From: an uncultured Candidatus Saccharibacteria bacterium
GTDB taxonomy: Bacteria; Patescibacteriota; Minisyncoccia; Phycocordibacterales; Phycocordibacteraceae
Length of the DNA: 64,000 bases
Direction of reading: 5' to 3'
Assembly: GCA_964398815.1 (NCBI GenBank)
Contig: CAYNNZ010000001.1
Span: 53,071 to 117,070, forward strand
Below the pieces are notes generated by a model that did no database searches, was not told where the DNA came from, and saw only the letters and a list, made by a program, of their open reading frames with translations. The position numbers were made by a program, and so were the translations under genes. Shown one piece after another: positions 56,701 through 64,000 of the stretch (its first letter is position 1; each line of letters starts with the position of its first letter).

Positions 56701-57186
56701 ATGTCCAGTCTCCCCGTCCGGCGTCCCGATACGCCCATGGTGAACTACCGTCCCCGCAGTCCCGGCAGCTTCCGCATCCCGCAGAAGACCCAGGGCGACT
56801 TCATCGCTTCGTTCGGCGGCAATCGCCTGGTGCTGGTCGGCCTGGGGGTCCTCATCGTCCTCTTCGCCATCGTGCTGGCCTTCACCACGCCGGCGCCCCG
56901 CTCCGTCACCGTCGAACGCGGCCGCTCGCTCATCGAGTACGCCCCGCCCGGCACCGACAGCCAGAAGGCTCTCTGGGCCATCAACGTGGCCGACCAGTCC
57001 GGCCGGCCCATCTTCGCGGGCCGCGGCGCCGATCGGCACCGCGTCAACGCCGAAGAGGCGCGGGTCATCGCCCGTCGCCCGCACGGCACCGACGTGACCC
57101 TTATCGACGTGCCGGTGCAACCTGGCGCGCAGTTCGAGAAGGGCGCCGGCATCTTCAGCCGCTGGCGCTTCATCACGCCGCACTGA
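56701..57186 (+). CDS. hypothetical membrane-anchored protein with extreme GC3 codon bias (candidate horizontally acquired gene)
   Basis: 161 aa with one TM helix (LVLVGLGVLIVLFAIVLAF). Almost every codon ends in G/C, unlike flanking nusA and pilB. It has its own promoter, SD and terminator. Overlapping ORFs in other frames are rejected as high-GC artefacts. Confidence 0.5.
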   Translation: MSSLPVRRPDTPMVNYRPRSPGSFRIPQKTQGDFIASFGGNRLVLVGLGVLIVLFAIVLAFTTPAPRSVTVERGRSLIEYAPPGTDSQKALWAINVADQSGRPIFAGRGADRHRVNAEEARVIARRPHGTDVTLIDVPVQPGAQFEKGAGIFSRWRFITPH

Positions 57187-57219
57187 GTCTACACTCAGCA
57201 GGAAATAAAAAGACGAGCT

Positions 57220-57257
57220 CGCCCGCCCAACGGAAGTTGTGGCGGGCGTTCTCTTTT
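57220..57257 (+). terminator. rho-independent terminator after the GC-rich gene
   Basis: CGCCCGCC-CAACGGAAGTTGT-GGCGGGCG followed by TTCTCTTTT. Confidence 0.55.
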
Positions 57258-57317
57258 CCCCTCGCAGCATAAATAGAGAACGCTCACTCACATTCGCGCG
57301 CTATACTTTGAATACGT

Positions 57318-59078
57318 TTGGCTATGCAGGTCTCAGAAAGCGAACTGAAGACGTTTATTCTCGATTCCGGTCTTGTACCCCGGAAGGATGTTGAGGCTGC
57401 AGATGTGGAAGCAAAAGAGCGTCAGCAATCCATCGGCGACATTCTCGTTTCATCCGGCGCACTTACGCCGGATGCACTCCGTCGTATCAAAGCCTATGTG
57501 CTCGGCATTCCGTTTGTGAATTTGAAGGACAAGAAGATTGCGCTCGATGTCCTCTCGCTCATTCCGGAACCAATTGCGCGTACGCACAGTATCGTTGCCT
57601 TCCGCAAGACGGAAAACGAACTCGAGGTTGCCATGCTCGACACCCAGGACCTGCCCGCAATCGATTCGGTGCGTAAGAAGACGGGTCTTAAAATCTCGCC
57701 ACGCCTTACGGATGACGAATCTCTCAAGCACGTGCTTTTGCAGTACCAGAAGTCGCTTAAGGAAGAGTTCGGCGACCTTATTGCAACCGAGGCAGGGAAG
57801 ATAAACCTCGTGAAGGAGGCCCTTGGCGACGACGCGTCCGAGGGTGACCTCAAGAAAATGGCAGAAGACCTGCCTATTGTGCGCATTGTCGACACACTTC
57901 TGCGTCACGCCATCATTCAGGACGCGTCCGATATTCATATTGAGGAGCTGGAGGATGCAACGCTCGTGCGCTATCGCATCGACGGCATCCTGCATGACGC
58001 GATGACGCTTCCGAAGAACGCAGGTCCCGGAATTACGGCGCGCATCAAGGTGCTCGCAAACCTAAAACTTGATGAGAAGCGCCTGCCACAGGACGGGCGA
58101 TTCAAGATGGAAACTGATAGCGATAAGGTGTCGTTCCGTGTCTCGCTTCTACCGACCTACTACGGAGAAAAAATCGTCATGCGCCTTCTACGCGAGACAG
58201 GGGAGGGCTTCACGCTCGAAGGGCTTGGGTTCCATGGTGAAAGCCTCGAGCGCATTCATCAGGCAACGAAGCAGACGACAGGCATCATCCTCATCTCAGG
58301 ACCTACCGGTTCCGGTAAAACGACAACGCTCTATACGGTGCTCGATATTTTGAATAAGCCGGACGTGAACATCTCGACGATTGAGGACCCAATCGAGTAT
58401 CAGATGAAGCGCGTGAATCAGACGCAGGTGAACCCGCAAATCGGCATGACGTTTGCGGCAGGGCTGCGTGCACTCCTGCGCCAAGACCCGAATGTCATCA
58501 TGGTGGGAGAAATCCGCGATAGCGAGACGGCGTCACTCGCAATCAACGCGGCACTTACCGGCCACATCGTGCTCTCTACCATTCACACCAACTCAGCAGT
58601 TGGTGCCATCCCGCGTCTCATGGACATGGGTGTCGAACCGTTCCTCCTCATCTCAACCCTTCGGCTCGTGGTGGGTCAGCGCCTCACGCGCCGACTCTGC
58701 GACGACAAAGAGGAGTACACACTCGATGCGAAGGAGCGCGAGAAAATCGCATCTCCGGACCACTTCGATGCAATGTTCAAAGCACTTGCCGACGAGAAAT
58801 TGGTCAAAGAAAGCGCAAAATTGGATACGTTGCCGTTCTATCACCCGAAGCCAGGTGGTGACTGCGAAGACGGGTACAAGAGCCGTATGGGTATCCACGA
58901 GATTCTCACGGTCTCTCCTGCAATACGCGAACTTATTCTCCATAGCGCGTCGCCCGATGAGCTCGAAGCACAGGCACGCAAGGAGGGAATGCTCACCATG
59001 CTCGAAGACGGCCTTTATAAGGCAGCTCGTGGGATAACCTCGATAGAGGAAGTGCTCCGCGCAGTAAACGACGGCTGA
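57318..59078 (+). CDS. pilB: type IV pilus assembly ATPase PilB
   Basis: N-terminal GSPII_E_N domain. Walker A GPTGSGKTTTLY, Asp box, Walker B, His box. Immediately upstream of pilC. Confidence 0.9.
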   Translation: MAMQVSESELKTFILDSGLVPRKDVEAADVEAKERQQSIGDILVSSGALTPDALRRIKAYVLGIPFVNLKDKKIALDVLSLIPEPIARTHSIVAFRKTENELEVAMLDTQDLPAIDSVRKKTGLKISPRLTDDESLKHVLLQYQKSLKEEFGDLIATEAGKINLVKEALGDDASEGDLKKMAEDLPIVRIVDTLLRHAIIQDASDIHIEELEDATLVRYRIDGILHDAMTLPKNAGPGITARIKVLANLKLDEKRLPQDGRFKMETDSDKVSFRVSLLPTYYGEKIVMRLLRETGEGFTLEGLGFHGESLERIHQATKQTTGIILISGPTGSGKTTTLYTVLDILNKPDVNISTIEDPIEYQMKRVNQTQVNPQIGMTFAAGLRALLRQDPNVIMVGEIRDSETASLAINAALTGHIVLSTIHTNSAVGAIPRLMDMGVEPFLLISTLRLVVGQRLTRRLCDDKEEYTLDAKEREKIASPDHFDAMFKALADEKLVKESAKLDTLPFYHPKPGGDCEDGYKSRMGIHEILTVSPAIRELILHSASPDELEAQARKEGMLTMLEDGLYKAARGITSIEEVLRAVNDG

Positions 59079-59079
59079 T

Positions 59080-60297
59080 ATGAAATTCAAAGTAAAGCTT
59101 AAGAAGGAAGATGGAAGCGAAGAAGTTCGCATTATGGAGGCAGCATCCCGCTTCGCCGTATATGGCGACGCAGAGAAAGAAGGAGCGGTGGTGCTTTCCA
59201 TCGAGAATGGGGGAGGTAAGGGGTTTGGCATTGGAAAACTCGCGAACCTCACCATCGGTTCTGGGGTAAAAACCGAAGAGCGCATCACGCTCACGAAGAA
59301 TCTCGCCGCCATGCTTTCTGCCGGCCTTACGCTTTCACGCGCGCTATCGGTGATTGAACGACAGACGCGCAACAAGGTACTCAAAGGAATCATCACGGAC
59401 CTCGAAACAAAGGTGAAAGAAGGACTTTCATTCCACGAAGCGCTTGAGCTCCACAACAAAATCTTCTCGCGCTTGTTCATCTCTATGACGAAGGCTGGTG
59501 AAGAGTCCGGCAAACTCGCAGAAGCGCTTGGCATCGTCGCGCGCCAGATGGACCGCTCCTTTACGCTCGAGAAGAAAATCAAAGGCGCGATGATTTACCC
59601 AGGCATCATCCTTTCTGCCATCATCGTCATCGGCGTGCTCATGCTCATTTATGTCGTGCCGACGCTCTCGAACACGTTCAAGGAGCTTAATGTCGCGCTA
59701 CCGACTGCCACCCGAGTCATCGTCGGCGCGTCGGACTTCATGGCGAATAACGTAATCATGGTGTTCGTCATCCTTGCGGTTTTTTTCGGCCTCGTATTCG
59801 CATTCATCCGCTCAAAGATAGGTGCGCGCATCATCCTTGCGGTCGCGCTTCGTGTGCCGGTCATCGGCGAACTGGTACGAGAGACCTTCGCTGCCCGCGC
59901 GGCACGCTCTCTTTCCTCACTTCTTTCCTCCGGAGTCGAAATGCTTTCGGCTATTGAAATCGCCGCGGAGGTGGTGGGCGATAACGTGTTCGGAAAAGTG
60001 GTGACCGAAGCGGGAACGCGCGTTAAGAAGGGCGAAACCCTTTCCGTAACATTCAGCGAATACACCAAGCTGTATCCATTTTTCTTTGCAGATATGATTG
60101 CGGTGGGTGAGGAGACGGGAAAAGTCTCAGACATGCTCTCTCAGGTCGCGGAATACTACGAAATCGACGTCGAAGATCGTACCAAGGACCTCTCCACTAT
60201 CATCGAGCCAATTCTCATGCTCATCATCGGCGTCGCAGTGGGTATTTTTGCACTCGCAATGATTTCGCCGATTTACTCCCTCTCGTCCAAAATTTAG
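59080..60297 (+). CDS. pilC: type IV pilus platform protein PilC (GspF family)
   Basis: Two GspF repeats and three TM segments. Follows pilB by 1 nt. Confidence 0.85.
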   Translation: MKFKVKLKKEDGSEEVRIMEAASRFAVYGDAEKEGAVVLSIENGGGKGFGIGKLANLTIGSGVKTEERITLTKNLAAMLSAGLTLSRALSVIERQTRNKVLKGIITDLETKVKEGLSFHEALELHNKIFSRLFISMTKAGEESGKLAEALGIVARQMDRSFTLEKKIKGAMIYPGIILSAIIVIGVLMLIYVVPTLSNTFKELNVALPTATRVIVGASDFMANNVIMVFVILAVFFGLVFAFIRSKIGARIILAVALRVPVIGELVRETFAARAARSLSSLLSSGVEMLSAIEIAAEVVGDNVFGKVVTEAGTRVKKGETLSVTFSEYTKLYPFFFADMIAVGEETGKVSDMLSQVAEYYEIDVEDRTKDLSTIIEPILMLIIGVAVGIFALAMISPIYSLSSKI

Positions 60298-60342
60298 AGA
60301 ACGGTGTTTATTCGCCAGTCTACGCCGTAAGAGAAGATACGC

Positions 60343-62079
60343 GTGAGTTATCATAGGGGCATGTTCTCTACGCGCGCGATTCGCGGCATTTCCATGATTG
60401 ATGTGGTGGTCGGGTCTGCGCTCGTACTCATCATCTTCCTGTCGCTCATTGGTCTCTTGCGTGCGTCCCTCCTTGTGTCTTCGCTCGCAAAAGCGAAAGC
60501 AGGCGCGACCGCAGTCGCAAACGAGCAGATGGAATACATCCGCTCTCTTCCGTATGAATCCGTCGGTACCGTGGGCGGTATTCCGGCCGGCCTTATTCCG
60601 CAGTACTCGACCACTACAGAGAACGCAATTCCGTATGGGGTGCGCACGTTCGTCGAATACGTGGACGATGCGGCCGATGGTACGGGAGGAAGTGACAGTA
60701 ATGCCATCACTACTGACTACAAGCGCGTTAAGGTGGCGGTCAGCTACACCATTCGCGGTCTTATTCGGAAGGTTGAGCTGGTCTCTAACTACTCGCCACA
60801 GTCGGTCGAGACGACCACCAACGGCGGAACGCTCCGCATTCAGGTGGTGGGCGCTACGGGAAGTGCGGTCGCAGGAGCCACTGTACGCGTAGTAAACGCG
60901 AGCACATCGCCAACAGTCGATGTCACTACATTCAGCGACGCAAGCGGCATCGTGCTCTTAGGCGGTGCGGCTACCTCGAGCGAATACCAGATCTTCGTTT
61001 CGAAGAATGGATATTCGAGCGCGCAAACGTATGCGCGAGACACCACCAACCAGAACCCGACACCGGGCTATCTTACAGTGGTGAAGAACACGACCACGAC
61101 GAGCACCTTTGCGATAGACCAGTTGGCTACGCTCGCGTTGCGCACGTATACCCCGATTAGCGCTACAAGCACGACGGACAATTTCGCTGACTCGTCGAAG
61201 CTTGCTACGCAGTCGAATACTGCGGTGGCAAGCGGTTCACTCAGACTCTCGACCGGTAGTGATGGATATAATTTGTCCGGTAGCGCGCGTTCGGTAGGGT
61301 ATTCACCCGTCTATCTCGCATCGTGGACTGTCGCTTCGACGACTCTCAGTCAGCCTGCTGGCACGACGCTGAAAGTCCATGTCACCGACGGAACCGGAAC
61401 GCTCATTCCTGACGCCGTCCTTGCGGGGAATGCGGCAGGTTTCTCTGGCACCTCGATAAATCTTTCAGGTATCTCCACCTCTACATACCCGACACTGGCG
61501 TTGTCGGCCGACCTCACCACGAACGCGACCACCACCACACCGACGCTCACCAGCTGGACGATTAACGGCACCGCAGGGCCGGTACCGGTCCCGAATGTGT
61601 CAGTCTCGGTCACAGGTGCAAAGACCATTGGTTCCACAGGAGGCGGCACACCTATATATAAGACGACCGTTGCTACCACTACGGGCGCTACCGGGAGCAA
61701 GAGCCTCCAGCTTGAATGGGACTCCTACGGCTTTTCCCTCACGGGGTATGACGTGGTGGACGCGTGTACACCTCCTCCCTTTGGACTTGCTCCGGGCGCG
61801 ACGATTACTTCGTCGCTCTTCTTAGGAACGAACTCAACGAATGCGTTCCTGGTGACCGTTCGCGATAATGCAGGGAATATTGTTCCAGGCGTCACGGTAA
61901 CGTTGGCGAAGTCCGGGTATACCGGCAACGTGAATACCTCTTCGTGCGGGACCGCATACTTCGGCTCGCTTGCAAGCGGCACCTACAGCGTGACCATTAC
62001 GAAAACAGGCTACACCACCACGACGTACTCGAACGTTTCGGTTTCCGGCCATGGGTTCTATAACGCTTCCTTCCCGTAG
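60343..62079 (+). CDS. large (578 aa) Thr/Ser-rich pilin-like protein with a prepilin-type N-terminus
   Basis: N-terminus ...RGISMIDVVVGSALVLIIFL resembles a class III signal peptide with Asp in place of Glu at +5. The long T/S-rich extracellular region looks adhesin-like. Confidence 0.5.
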   Translation: MSYHRGMFSTRAIRGISMIDVVVGSALVLIIFLSLIGLLRASLLVSSLAKAKAGATAVANEQMEYIRSLPYESVGTVGGIPAGLIPQYSTTTENAIPYGVRTFVEYVDDAADGTGGSDSNAITTDYKRVKVAVSYTIRGLIRKVELVSNYSPQSVETTTNGGTLRIQVVGATGSAVAGATVRVVNASTSPTVDVTTFSDASGIVLLGGAATSSEYQIFVSKNGYSSAQTYARDTTNQNPTPGYLTVVKNTTTTSTFAIDQLATLALRTYTPISATSTTDNFADSSKLATQSNTAVASGSLRLSTGSDGYNLSGSARSVGYSPVYLASWTVASTTLSQPAGTTLKVHVTDGTGTLIPDAVLAGNAAGFSGTSINLSGISTSTYPTLALSADLTTNATTTTPTLTSWTINGTAGPVPVPNVSVSVTGAKTIGSTGGGTPIYKTTVATTTGATGSKSLQLEWDSYGFSLTGYDVVDACTPPPFGLAPGATITSSLFLGTNSTNAFLVTVRDNAGNIVPGVTVTLAKSGYTGNVNTSSCGTAYFGSLASGTYSVTITKTGYTTTTYSNVSVSGHGFYNASFP

Positions 62080-62080
62080 T

Positions 62081-62662
62081 ATGCGCGGCTTCACTTTCGT
62101 AGAGGTTATTGTCGTCATCTCAGTCACGGTACTGATGGGTATTACGATGAACTCACTCATCGTGAATTTTTATCGCGATAACGCCTATCTTCTGCAACAG
62201 ACCTCCGCAATCGATAACGCGCACCGCGGTCTACGCATTTCCTTTGAAGATTTGCGCGAGGCATCGTATGGAGACGATGGTTCCTATCCTATCCAGAGCG
62301 CAGGTACGTCGAGCATTACGTTCTATAGCGACATCGACGGCGACGGGTCTGTTGAAAAAATACGACTCTATCTTTCTGGGACGACGTTCTATCGCGGTGT
62401 GACCGACTCCACCTCGAGCCCGCCTACATACGTCGGTCAGAAGGAAGCGACCACTACCATTGCGCAGTACGTGCGCAATAGCTCCTCCACGCCACTTTTC
62501 AAGTACTACAACCAAGACGGCAACCTCATCTCCTCCTCAACCATCGATGTGTCTCAGGTGGCCGCGGTCACGACTTCAGTGCTCGTGGACCTCAACCCGC
62601 TTCGCGCGCCTGATATCCTGACTCTGCAGGAGACCGCGACGCTGCGTAACTTGCGCCAATAA
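62081..62662 (+). CDS. type IV pilin (prepilin-type N-terminal cleavage/methylation domain)
   Basis: MRGFTFVEVIVVISVTVLMGI is the classic G/FTxxE prepilin motif with a hydrophobic helix. ATG at 62081. Confidence 0.7.
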   Translation: MRGFTFVEVIVVISVTVLMGITMNSLIVNFYRDNAYLLQQTSAIDNAHRGLRISFEDLREASYGDDGSYPIQSAGTSSITFYSDIDGDGSVEKIRLYLSGTTFYRGVTDSTSSPPTYVGQKEATTTIAQYVRNSSSTPLFKYYNQDGNLISSSTIDVSQVAAVTTSVLVDLNPLRAPDILTLQETATLRNLRQ

Positions 62663-62663
62663 T

Positions 62664-64000
62664 ATGAACGACCCGCGCGGCTACCTCATGCTCATGGCAA
62701 TCGTGTTCGGCTCCGTATTTCTTACGGTGATTTTCGCGCTTTCAAGCTACGTGCTCACTGAAAATAAACTGCAGACATCGCAGACCGATAAGTCGAAGGG
62801 TCTCGCTATCGCCGAGGCGGGCATTGAATACTACAAATGGCATCTTGCCCATTTCCCGAACGATTTACAGAACGGCACGGGGGCCGCAGGACCGTACTCC
62901 ATTAGCTATAACGACCCGGAAGGCTCTACTGCTGGCACTATTTCGCTCACGATTACGGGGAATAATTCCTGCGGCATCTCAACCTCCATTGATTTGCAGT
63001 CGAAAGGTACGCCGCAGGGGAGTATGAACTCGGCGACCGTATACGCACGCTACGCGCGGCCGACTGTGGCTCAGTATTCATACATTGTGAATGACACGGT
63101 CTGGGCGGGGTCAGACCGTGTCATTAACGGTCCCTACCATAGCAACGGGGGTATTCGTATGGACGGAACGGCGAATGCGCCAGTCACCAGCTCGCTTTCT
63201 TCGTGGAGCTGTACCTCGTCCTATGGTTGCTCGCCGACCGCCACCAAGAACGGGGTGTGGGGAGCGGGGCCCAACCAATCGCTCTGGAGTTACCCGACGC
63301 CACAGGTGGACTTCAGTGCGATTTCCGCTGACTTCACGTCGCTCAAGACCACGGCAACCTCGCTGGGTCTTTATTTCCCGCGCTACAGCTCGGGTAACGG
63401 CGGGGTCTCCTTCTTTAAGGGGTACCATCTCATTTTTAACTCCAACAACACAGTTACGGTGTATCGAGTGACGAGTGAATACAACACTGATATCAACGGT
63501 GCAGTCGATGGTTCATCGGACACCTCTGACTACACACGTATCAAAAACGAAACGCTCTACGGCACCTATGCCATACCAGCAAACTGTCGACTCATTTATG
63601 TAGAAGACCACGTGTGGGTGGAGGGTACGCTCGCAAGTAAGGTGACCGTTGTCGCCGCTGACACCGTGCATTCAGGTGTGGACCCGAATGCAATGCTTCC
63701 GGACAACATTACCTATACGACCAACAACGGAACGGCAGGACTCACGCTCATCGCTGAGAATGACATTCTTATTACCCCTGACTCTCCGAACAACATGACT
63801 CTCAACGGCATATTTATTGCGCAGGGAGGGGCATTCGGGAGAAATCTATACGACTGTCCGAGCTCATTCGAGCCACGCGGAACACTCACCATGTACGGCA
63901 CGACTGTCTCCAATAAGCGTACGGGTACTAAATGGGTAAATGGTTGTGGTTCGGGCAGTGACGGAGGGTATCAGACGCGTACCGACTCGTACGACCGTAA
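62664..64000 (+). CDS. large membrane-anchored pilus-associated protein, 3' partial (runs off window)
   Basis: ATG at 62664. Hand-translated frame stays open to the window end. N-terminal TM helix (YLMLMAIVFGSVFLTVIFALSSYVL) recalls PilX/minor-pilin-like proteins. Thr/Ser/Gly-rich. Confidence 0.4.
   Translation, partial: MNDPRGYLMLMAIVFGSVFLTVIFALSSYVLTENKLQTSQTDKSKGLAIAEAGIEYYKWHLAHFPNDLQNGTGAAGPYSISYNDPEGSTAGTISLTITGNNSCGISTSIDLQSKGTPQGSMNSATVYARYARPTVAQYSYIVNDTVWAGSDRVINGPYHSNGGIRMDGTANAPVTSSLSSWSCTSSYGCSPTATKNGVWGAGPNQSLWSYPTPQVDFSAISADFTSLKTTATSLGLYFPRYSSGNGGVSFFKGYHLIFNSNNTVTVYRVTSEYNTDINGAVDGSSDTSDYTRIKNETLYGTYAIPANCRLIYVEDHVWVEGTLASKVTVVAADTVHSGVDPNAMLPDNITYTTNNGTAGLTLIAENDILITPDSPNNMTLNGIFIAQGGAFGRNLYDCPSSFEPRGTLTMYGTTVSNKRTGTKWVNGCGSGSDGGYQTRTDSYDR

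Noticed and set aside
56395-57291. Overlapping ORFs 56395..57291(-), 56616..57272(+) and 56745..57176(-) around the GC-rich islet
   Set aside because: They are artefacts of high GC (Arg/Pro/Gly-rich translations). The 56701..57186 plus-strand frame is preferred because of its promoter, SD, TM helix and terminator.
1-64000. Diversity-generating retroelement, reverse transcriptase, toxin-antitoxin pairs, restriction-modification or other defence islands
   Set aside because: I looked for RT motifs (YxDD), template/variable repeat pairs and small adjacent toxin/antitoxin ORFs and saw none. YraN and the EEP nuclease are isolated, not in defence-like operons.
1-64000. rRNA genes
   Set aside because: No stretch resembles the conserved 16S, 23S or 5S sequences.

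Overview
The window reads as a gene-dense bacterial chromosome segment of roughly 52-55 % GC (estimated by eye) containing the replication-origin neighbourhood, several tRNA genes and a set of housekeeping genes. The replication-origin block is holA-like/polA/tsaE, ruvB-yebC-ruvC, a class A PBP, dnaN-dnaA and, divergently, rpmH-rnpA-yidC. I found five tRNA genes (Lys-UUU, Arg-UCG, Gly-GCC, Pro-UGG, Trp-CCA), four of them without an encoded CCA, and a CCA-adding enzyme gene. The remaining housekeeping genes are rsmA, uvrD/pcrA, M23/LysM and M15 peptidases, Fe/Mn SOD, standalone ComEC MBL domain, comM/yifB, rpsO, xerD-like, xth, lysA, yraN, rarA, hup, rny, clpP, ppa and nusA. Gene content is reduced and there are no biosynthetic genes. 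There is a type IV pilus locus with giant pilin-like proteins, two PilB paralogues, an LTD-domain protein and many signal-peptide ORFans. All of this fits a small-genome, probably episymbiotic Patescibacteria/CPR (Saccharibacteria-like) organism, but that assignment is inference only.

The most notable content:
1. A 13-kb, 11-gene minus-strand operon (16.3-29.4 kb) encodes a minimal type IV secretion-like apparatus. It has VirB4 (split into two ORFs at a poly-C/G tract), a PrgI/VirB3-like protein and a VirB6-like giant membrane protein with a long C-terminal extension. Around these are secreted, Cys-rich, Pro-rich and beta-propeller ORFans. There is no coupling protein, relaxase or VirB11 in the window.
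2. Two short GC-rich islets (about 4.8-5.6 kb and 56.7-57.2 kb) have strongly GC3-biased codon usage unlike their neighbours. Each encodes a small membrane or secreted protein and each sits next to a PilB-family ATPase gene. These are candidate horizontally acquired genes, possibly host-derived.
3. A roughly 350-nt non-coding stretch between the convergent genes xth and cca carries a perfect sigma70 consensus promoter and long-range complementarity. It is a candidate structured ncRNA of unknown family.
4. Modular tRNA-associated repeats are present. A 56-nt duplication of the tRNA-Gly 3' end plus a downstream hairpin resembles an att site. A 40-nt element lies downstream of both tRNA-Gly and tRNA-Trp and is preceded each time by an inverted partial copy of that tRNA's 3' end.
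5. A candidate oriC with DnaA-box-like motifs flanks dnaA.

I saw no CRISPR array, rRNA gene or reverse transcriptase.
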